From the NCBI GenBank assembly GCA_964243295.1, contig CAXTEJ010000025.1:1-52055 (forward strand): DNA of 52,055 nt. The letters are read 5' to 3'. Both the position numbers and the translations under genes were made by a program. Within the stretch, counting starts at the first letter, position 1; every line of letters begins with the position of its first letter. Shown here one piece after another: positions 46,453 through 52,055 of this stretch. The notes below the pieces were generated by a model, which was not told where the DNA came from, did no database searches, and worked only from the letters and a program-made list of their open reading frames with translations. The DNA is from an uncultured Actinomycetales bacterium (lineage in GTDB: Bacteria > Actinomycetota > Actinomycetes > Actinomycetales > Angustibacteraceae).

Positions 46453-46917
46453 GTGGCCGTACGACGCAGCGCCGGGCTGCTGGTGTTCCGTCGGGCCGGG
46501 GACGGCGTCGAGGTGCTCATCGGCCACCCGGGCGGCCCGCTGTGGGCCCGCCGCGACGAGGGCGCCTGGTCGATCCCCAAGGGCGAGTACGAGCCGGGCG
46601 AGACCCCCGAGGACGCCGCGCGCCGCGAGTTCGCCGAAGAGCTCGGGCTGCCCGCGCCGCCGGGGGAGTGGCTGGACCTCGGCGAGTCGCGCCAGCCGTC
46701 GGGCAAGGTCGTGACGATCTGGGCCGTCGAGGGCGACCTCGACCCGGCGGCCGTCGTGCCCGGCACGTTCGAGATGGAGTGGCCCCGCGGCTCCGGGCGC
46801 AGCCAGGCCTTCCCGGAGATCGACCGCGTCGGGTGGTTCTCGCCCGACGCCGCGCAGACCAAGCTGCTCACCGGGCAGCGGGTGTTCATCGACCGGCTCC
46901 TCGCCGAGCTGAGCTGA
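46453..46917 (+). CDS. NUDIX hydrolase
   Basis: 154 aa from GTG with GAGGAGG SD 5 nt upstream. Nudix box GEYEPGETPEDAARREFAEELGL. ORF-track start 46351 adds an Arg/Gly-rich extension. Confidence 0.75.
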   Translation: MAVRRSAGLLVFRRAGDGVEVLIGHPGGPLWARRDEGAWSIPKGEYEPGETPEDAARREFAEELGLPAPPGEWLDLGESRQPSGKVVTIWAVEGDLDPAAVVPGTFEMEWPRGSGRSQAFPEIDRVGWFSPDAAQTKLLTGQRVFIDRLLAELS

Positions 46918-46934
46918 GCCGGCTGACCCGAGCG

Positions 46935-47615
46935 TCAGTCGCGCAGCAGCGGTGGGTGCAGCAGCCGGGCGGCACCCCGGCGGAACAGCTGCGCCGGACG
47001 ACCGCCGTCGCGGGTGGTGCGCTCGTCCAGCGGCGCGAGGAACCCCGCGGCGCCGGTCACCTTGCGGTGGAAGTTGCGCGGGTCGAGGGGTGTGCCCCAC
47101 ACCGCCTCGTAGACGCGCCGCAGCTCGGCCACGGTGAAGGTGGGTGGGCAGAACGCCGTGGCCAGCGGGGTGTACTCCAGCTTGGAGCGCGCGCGCTCGA
47201 CACCGTCACGCAGCAGCATGCCGTGGTCGAAGGCCAGCCGGTCGCCGTCCACCTCGCGCAGGGGCACCCACCGGGCGTCCGAGGCGTCCGTGCCGGCGAT
47301 CGGCCCCGGCAGGTCGGGGGCGAGCGCCAGGTAGACCACCGTGACGACGCGCTGGCGGGGGTCGCGCCCGGGCGCGCCGTACGTCGCGACCTGCTCCAGG
47401 TGCACCGACCCGGCGGGCAGCCCGGCCTCCTCGGCGAGCTCGCGTGCGGCGGCGTCGGGCAGGTCCTCGTCCGGGCGCACGAAGCCGCCCGGCAGCGCCC
47501 AGGACCGACGGTGCGGCGCCTCGCCTCGCCTCACCAGCAGCACGGCGAGCTCGTGGTCGCGCACGGTCAGGACGACGAGGTCGACCGTGACGGCGAAGGG
47601 CGGGTGCTCGCTCAC
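46935..47615 (-). CDS. Nudix-domain plus C-terminal winged-helix regulator (NrtR-like)
   Basis: 226 aa from GTG. N-terminal Nudix fold (VLLVRRGEAPHRRSWALPGGFVRPDEDLPDAAARELAEEAGL) fused to a C-terminal ~90-aa domain (MLLRDGVERARSKLEYTPLATAFCPPTFTVAELRRVYEAVWGTPLDPRNFHRKV), the architecture of NrtR NAD-metabolism regulators. Confidence 0.7.
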   Translation of the reverse strand: MSEHPPFAVTVDLVVLTVRDHELAVLLVRRGEAPHRRSWALPGGFVRPDEDLPDAAARELAEEAGLPAGSVHLEQVATYGAPGRDPRQRVVTVVYLALAPDLPGPIAGTDASDARWVPLREVDGDRLAFDHGMLLRDGVERARSKLEYTPLATAFCPPTFTVAELRRVYEAVWGTPLDPRNFHRKVTGAAGFLAPLDERTTRDGGRPAQLFRRGAARLLHPPLLRD

Positions 47616-47631
47616 CCGACCACCGTAGCGG

Positions 47632-47683
47632 CTTGTCGTCGGCTTGACGACAAGGCCGGTTGCCCCTTAGCGTCACCATGACG
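47632..47683 (+). promoter_or_regulatory. Two palindromes (candidate operators) in the divergent nrtR-like / SPFH intergenic region
   Basis: CTTGTCGTC-ggctt-GACGACAAG (perfect 9-bp arms, 47632-47654) and CGTCA-cca-TGACG (47671-47683), both containing the TGACG(AC) half-site. 17-39 bp upstream of the regulator start and 24-75 bp upstream of the SPFH ATG. Confidence 0.5.
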
Positions 47684-47706
47684 ACAACGACGATCCTGGA
47701 GCTCAC

Positions 47707-48750
47707 ATGGCTGACATCACGCGGTACCCGTTCCTCCGGCACCTGCGCAGCACGCCCACCGCCTACGTGATCCACCAGCGGGGCAGCACCACCGTGCACG
47801 CCGGCCCGGGCGCCGCCTTCTGGTTCCGGCCGCTTTCGGCGGTGCTGTCGGAGGTGCCGGTCGACGACCGCGAGCTGCCGCTGCTGATGCACGCGCGCAC
47901 CGCGGACTTCCAGGACGTCACCGTGCAGGCGACGGTCACCTTCCGGGTCGAGCAGCCCGAGGTCGCCGCCGCCCGCATCGACTTCTCGCTCGACCCGCTG
48001 ACCGGGCGCTGGCAGGGCAACCCGCTGGCGCAGGTGACCGGTCTGCTCACCGAGACCGCCCAGCAGTACGTGCTCGACGTGCTGGCCGGTCTGCCGCTGC
48101 GGCAGGTGCTGGTCACGGGGATCGCGCTCACCCGCGAGCGGATCGTCGCCGGCCTGACGGCCGACTCGCGGCTGGCCAGCACCGGCCTCGCTCTCGTTGA
48201 CGCGCGGGTGGTCGCCGTCCGGCCGCAGCCCGATGTCGAGAAGGCGCTGGCGACCCCGATGCTCGAGCAGCTGCGGCAGGAGGCCGACCGGGCGACGTCC
48301 GAGCGGCGCGCCAACGCCGTCGAGCGCGAGCGGGCCATCAGCGAGAACGAGCTGCAGAACCAGATCGAGCTGGCGCGCCGCGAGGAGCAGCTGGTCGCCC
48401 AGCGCGGCGCCAACGACCGGCGTGCGGCGCAGGAGGCGGCTGCCGCGGGCGAGGTGCGGACGGCGGCCGAGGCCGAGCGCGAGGAGCGGCTGGCGGCCGC
48501 CAGGGCCACGGCGACCCGGCTGTCCGGCGAGGCCGAGGCCGGTGCCCAGCGGGCGCTGCTCGGGGCCGTCGCGGGCACCTCGCCCGAGGTCCTGCTGGCC
48601 CTGGCCGCTCGTGAGCTGGCGGGTCAGCTGCCCGACATCGGCACGCTGGTGCTGACCCCCGACCTGCTCGGCGCGGCGCTGGCACGGTTCGCCGGTCCGG
48701 CCGCCGTGACGGGCGCGGGCGCGGCGGCGGGGGCGGAGGCGGACCGATGA
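47707..48750 (+). CDS. SPFH/band-7 (flotillin-like) domain protein with Ala/Glu-rich coiled-coil tail, no N-terminal TM
   Basis: 347 aa, GGAG SD. SPFH core (YVIHQRGSTTVHAGPGAAFWFRPLSAVLSEVPVDDRELPLLMHARTADFQDVTVQATVTFRV) then EA-repeat-like coiled coil (ERERAISENELQNQIELARREEQ...AEAEREERLAAARA). Confidence 0.75.
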   Translation: MADITRYPFLRHLRSTPTAYVIHQRGSTTVHAGPGAAFWFRPLSAVLSEVPVDDRELPLLMHARTADFQDVTVQATVTFRVEQPEVAAARIDFSLDPLTGRWQGNPLAQVTGLLTETAQQYVLDVLAGLPLRQVLVTGIALTRERIVAGLTADSRLASTGLALVDARVVAVRPQPDVEKALATPMLEQLRQEADRATSERRANAVERERAISENELQNQIELARREEQLVAQRGANDRRAAQEAAAAGEVRTAAEAEREERLAAARATATRLSGEAEAGAQRALLGAVAGTSPEVLLALAARELAGQLPDIGTLVLTPDLLGAALARFAGPAAVTGAGAAAGAEADR

Positions 48751-49643
48751 GCCTCGCGCCTCGCGCGGTGCTGGTGCACCGCCGCACCGAGCTCGCCGAG
48801 GCCCTCGCCCGCCACGGCACCCGTGGTCAGGCAGCCTTCTTCCTGCGCAGCCGCGGGCGCGACGTCACCGACCTCGAGGCCGCCGACGCCCGGCAGACGG
48901 CGGCTCTCGCGGCGGTCGCGGCGTCCGTCCCGCTGGAGTGGCGCAGCGGCAGCGTCGAGCGCGAGGACCTGTCGCGCTTCCTGTTCGCACCCGAGGACGT
49001 CGTGGTCGTGGTCGGCCAGGACGGTCTGGTCGCCAACGTCGCGAAGTACCTCGACGGCCAGGTGGTCGTGGGCATCGACATCGACCCCGGTCGCAACGCC
49101 GGCGTGCTCGTGCCCCACCCGACCGGCGCCGCGGAGGTGCTGCTGCGACGGGCGGTGGCGCCCGGCGCCACGGCCGGGTGCGAGCAGCGCACGATGGTGC
49201 GGGCCGTGACCGACGACGGCCAGGAGCTGCACGCGCTCAACGAGGTCTACCTCGGGCACAGCAGCCACCAGACCAGCCGCTACGAGGTGCGGACGCCGGA
49301 CGGCCGGCGCGAGGTGCAGGCGTCGAGCGGGGTCGTGGTCGGCACGGGGACGGGAGCCAGCGGCTGGCTCGCGTCGCTCTCGCTCGAGCGCGGCGCCCCG
49401 GTCGAGCTGCCCGGCGCGACGCAGGGCCGACTGGCGTGGTTCGTGCGCGAGGCGTGGCCGTCACGGGCGACCGGAGCGGCTCTGACGAGCGGGCTCCTGG
49501 ACGACGGGGCGCTGGAGGTCGACGTCCTCAGCGACGAGCTCGTCGTCTTCGGCGACGGGCTCGAGGACGACCGCCTGCTCGTCGCGCGCGGTCAGCGGGT
49601 GCGCATCGAGGTCGGTCCGCGGCGGCTGCACCTGCTGCGCTGA
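48747..49643 (+). CDS. NAD kinase family (ATP-NAD/DAGK-type) protein, divergent from canonical PpnK
   Basis: 298 aa, ATGA overlap with the SPFH gene. GGDG-like motif is GQDG (VVVVGQDGLVANV); NE/D motif (LNEVYLG) and DG...ASSGVVVGTGTGASGWLAS correspond to NADK's DGlivsTPtGSTAYslSAGGP. Confidence 0.7.
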   Translation: MSLAPRAVLVHRRTELAEALARHGTRGQAAFFLRSRGRDVTDLEAADARQTAALAAVAASVPLEWRSGSVEREDLSRFLFAPEDVVVVVGQDGLVANVAKYLDGQVVVGIDIDPGRNAGVLVPHPTGAAEVLLRRAVAPGATAGCEQRTMVRAVTDDGQELHALNEVYLGHSSHQTSRYEVRTPDGRREVQASSGVVVGTGTGASGWLASLSLERGAPVELPGATQGRLAWFVREAWPSRATGAALTSGLLDDGALEVDVLSDELVVFGDGLEDDRLLVARGQRVRIEVGPRRLHLLR

Positions 49644-49706
49644 CGTCGCTGTCGCACCACCGGCGAGAGGCGTCACGTGACCTGGCCACAGCCGCGGGGA
49701 GGCAGA

Positions 49707-50402
49707 TCAGCCTGCTGTGGCGACGTAGAAGGGCGCCGCGTTGGCGTTCATCCAGTCCGTGAACTGGTTGCGGTCGGCGGAGAAGACGACGTCGATGCGG
49801 CTGGCCGAGACGGTGGCGACGTCCCGCACGGCGTCGAGTGCGAGCTGCCTGGTCTGCGGGTGGTCGGGGTCCAGGTCCAGCCCGATGACCAGGCCGGGGG
49901 AGTCCTCGCCGACCTGGGCCCAGCACCGCCGTGCTTCCCTGACCGCGGCGACAGCGGTCAGGGCGGCGGCCAGGCGCTCGAGGGCGTCGACGGGTTCGTC
50001 CGCCGGCTCACCGATGCGGATCCTGGTGCCAGCGGGCAGGGTCGTGCGGCCCTGGTCGGCCTGCCGCAGCGTCGCGGCGTGGATCGGCAGCCCGACGTCG
50101 CCGCCGACGTTGACCGCGAAGCCGACGTGGGCGGGGAGCATGTCGAGCAGCTCGCGCACCGGGGGGCGCACACGTGGGGCGTCGGGGGCGCCTGCGTGCA
50201 GCTGCTCCTCGCTGGTGAAGACCGGCAGCAGCGCCTGCTGGTCCATCGTCACGGTGGGCATGGTCTGCGTGCCGTCGGGCTGCTGCGCCAGCGGCACCCA
50301 GACCACGTCGTCCAGCAGCCGAGCCACGAACACCTCGACCGGTGTCCGCTGGTCGAAGGCGTCCTGCAACGACACCTCGAGCTCGTTGGCGGGAAAGGTC
50401 AT
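49707..50402 (-). CDS. SseB-family protein
   Basis: 231 aa. SseB N-domain motifs (VWVPLAQQPDG...ALLPVFTSEEQL) and C-domain; ATGA overlap with the upstream 210-aa gene. Confidence 0.65.
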   Translation of the reverse strand: MTFPANELEVSLQDAFDQRTPVEVFVARLLDDVVWVPLAQQPDGTQTMPTVTMDQQALLPVFTSEEQLHAGAPDAPRVRPPVRELLDMLPAHVGFAVNVGGDVGLPIHAATLRQADQGRTTLPAGTRIRIGEPADEPVDALERLAAALTAVAAVREARRCWAQVGEDSPGLVIGLDLDPDHPQTRQLALDAVRDVATVSASRIDVVFSADRNQFTDWMNANAAPFYVATAG

Positions 50403-51031
50403 GACGTCCTCTCGGCGCTGGCGAGTGCGTCAGCGATGCGCTGGGCCAGCCAGGGTGGTAGGTCGGGGGAGGGAGCGACGAAGAGCGGAGGGACGGGGTG
50501 GTGCGCGGCGACCACCTCTCGAGCGGCGCCGAGGTCAGCCGGCAGAGCTCGGCTCGTGACGTAGAGCAGCTGCCCGTGCTGGTCGTCCGAGCAGGAGACG
50601 AGCTCGCCGGGCCCGAGCTGCTCGTGGAGCGCGGCGTGCAGGGCAGGCCGGCGGGTCGAGGCACCACGCACGCGACCGGCTCGGCTCACCACGAGGTGGG
50701 GGACGGGCTCGGTCGCGCTCGACCCCGGGTCCTGCAGGTCCGCGGCGGTGAAGGTCACGTAGGGGGGCCGGAGCGGGTCGACGACGGCCAGCGTCCCCGC
50801 CGGGCACCGCTGGAGCACCTCGCCCAGCGTCAGCTCCGCGACCGCGCTGCCCGCGGGGGGGTCGGCTTCGGGCGTGAAGGCCTGCACCACCAGACCCTGC
50901 CCACGGTCGCCGCGCTCGAGCACGGGCTCGCCGCCGCGCACGGGGACCCGCACCGGTTGGTCGCGCCACGCGAGCCCGTGCCACAGGCAGCGGCTCGTGA
51001 GCAGGGGGTGAGCCCTCGTCAGCCCGAGCAT
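50399..51031 (-). CDS. Hypothetical 210-aa protein translationally coupled to the upstream toxin-like gene (candidate immunity protein; weak SseB-like motifs)
   Basis: ATG overlaps the upstream stop as TGATG. High GC3 in this frame. LLYVTSRALPADL and VDPLRPPYVTFTA resemble SseB-family motifs. The 508-aa ORF-track entry in this frame is a run-on through the toxin gene and is rejected upstream of 51031. Confidence 0.55.
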   Translation of the reverse strand: MLGLTRAHPLLTSRCLWHGLAWRDQPVRVPVRGGEPVLERGDRGQGLVVQAFTPEADPPAGSAVAELTLGEVLQRCPAGTLAVVDPLRPPYVTFTAADLQDPGSSATEPVPHLVVSRAGRVRGASTRRPALHAALHEQLGPGELVSCSDDQHGQLLYVTSRALPADLGAAREVVAAHHPVPPLFVAPSPDLPPWLAQRIADALASAERTS

Positions 51032-52055
51032 CAACGAGCGACCGGGCGGTGGTCGACCAGCCCGTAGGGGTCGACGACGTCGATCCCCGCCTGCTCGGCC
51101 GCCCTGACGTCGGCGTTCCACCGGCTCAGCAGGGCGGGGTCCGGCACGACCTGATGACCGCCGCCGAGCACGGAGCCGGGGATGCTGACCCCGTCGGCGG
51201 CGCTGCTCACCCCGCTGCTGTGCTGCGGCGCGGTCGGCCCCTCGAAGAGGGTCGTGCCCCGCGGGAAGGTGGCCTCCACGTAGTGGGTCGCCTGCGGCAG
51301 CGTCCGGTGGACGGCCCCGAGATCCGCCCGGTTGGTGATGAGCCACTCCGGCTTGAGGGCGAGGTCCAGCTGCGTGTGCAGCGGGCCGCGTGGTGTCACG
51401 CGCGACCAGAAGTCGCCTCGGGCGTTGCTGAACTCGTTGACGGATCGGTACGTCGTCGTCGGTCGGCGGAGGACGACCTCGTCGTAGGAGGCGCTGCGAA
51501 AGGTGTCCGCAGGATGGCCGACACCGAGCGGCCCCGGTTCGTGCGCGGGTGTCCAGCGTCTGACGACCATGTCGCCCTGGGGAGTGAGCCGGCCGCCGTG
51601 GAGGCGGTGCAGCAGGACCCGGCCCTCCATCTTGAGCGTGGCGAGGGGTGTCGCGGCGCCCTCGCGCAGGAACGTCAGGGACGTGCGCACCTCGGACAGC
51701 CCGAGGCGGACCTGTCCGGCCATCGACGTGAGTGCGGTGCGGGCGTTGCCGAGCAGCGCCCGGCCGGCGCCCGCGACCTCGACGACCGCGTTCTTCCCGG
51801 CCCCGAGGACGTGGACGGCAGCGGCGAGGGTGCCTGCCTCCTTGAAGACGCCGCTGAGCGCCTTGAACGTCGTCAGGCCCTTCGTGCCCGGGATGAGCCC
51901 GAGGGCGGCGAACGCGACGTCCCACATGGAGGCCTTGCCCTGCAGCGCCTTCGCGATCGTGTCGGCCAAGATCAGCACCGCCGCCGCGAACACGATCCAG
52001 GCGATCGGCCCACCGATGATCAGCGCCACGATCCCCAGCACGGCGACCACCACCT
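51031..52055 (-). CDS. Membrane-anchored toxin-like protein, C-terminal 340 aa (5' end outside window); C-terminal domain possibly ART-fold/TNT-like
   Basis: Frame open to the window edge. In-window N-terminal part has two hydrophobic helices (VVAVLGIVALIIGGPIAWIVFAAAVLILADTIA), then ~200-aa soluble domain (VVRRW..FRSASY..TTTYRSVNEFSNARGDFWSRVTPRGP..HRTLPQATHYVEATFPRGTT..GPTAPQHSSG). GC3 >90 % in checked segments. Confidence 0.6.
   Translation of the reverse strand, partial: VVVAVLGIVALIIGGPIAWIVFAAAVLILADTIAKALQGKASMWDVAFAALGLIPGTKGLTTFKALSGVFKEAGTLAAAVHVLGAGKNAVVEVAGAGRALLGNARTALTSMAGQVRLGLSEVRTSLTFLREGAATPLATLKMEGRVLLHRLHGGRLTPQGDMVVRRWTPAHEPGPLGVGHPADTFRSASYDEVVLRRPTTTYRSVNEFSNARGDFWSRVTPRGPLHTQLDLALKPEWLITNRADLGAVHRTLPQATHYVEATFPRGTTLFEGPTAPQHSSGVSSAADGVSIPGSVLGGGHQVVPDPALLSRWNADVRAAEQAGIDVVDPYGLVDHRPVAR

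Noticed and set aside
49644-49706. Intergenic hairpins between the convergent NADK-like and SseB genes (gtcacgtgac palindrome; ccacagc-N21-gctgtgg)
   Set aside because: Probably an ordinary bidirectional terminator. Not distinctive enough to list as a feature without a U-tract or expression data.

Overview
High-GC (about 72-74 %) actinobacterial core-chromosome segment whose gene order closely follows the Mycobacterium tuberculosis map. The conserved backbone runs rpsA(3' end)-coaE-uvrB, then uvrA-uvrC-rapZ-yvcK-whiA, then gap-pgk-tpiA-secG, then a reverse-strand pentose-phosphate operon tkt-tal-pgi-zwf-opcA-pgl (genes joined by GTGA/ATGA overlaps), then ctaB/ctaA, and then sufR-sufB-sufD-Rieske-sufC-sufS-sufU-sufT. 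Non-backbone content is: a candidate yybP-ykoY Mn2+ riboswitch in front of a TerC-family gene that is followed by an internally duplicated SemiSWEET (full SWEET-like) protein; a TetR/MMPL divergent pair; an MBL hydrolase and a GH15 hydrolase; and a dispersed ~26-bp intergenic repeat family present as oppositely oriented arrays at three places, two of which bracket a small GNAT acetyltransferase gene that interrupts the otherwise conserved ctaA-ABC transporter synteny. The 3' quarter holds an accessory island: acVLRF1-like (eRF1/Vms1-like) hydrolase, a Nudix hydrolase, a Nudix-wHTH (NrtR-like) regulator with two palindromes in its divergent promoter, an SPFH/flotillin-like protein coupled to a divergent NAD-kinase-family protein, and, convergent to these and cut by the window edge, a three-gene translationally coupled module made of a membrane-anchored toxin-like protein, a 210-aa putative immunity protein and an SseB-family protein. 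UvrA and OpcA both carry unusual basic low-complexity C-terminal tails. No rRNA, tRNA or CRISPR arrays were seen. All calls come from reading the sequence and the ORF track; no database search was run.
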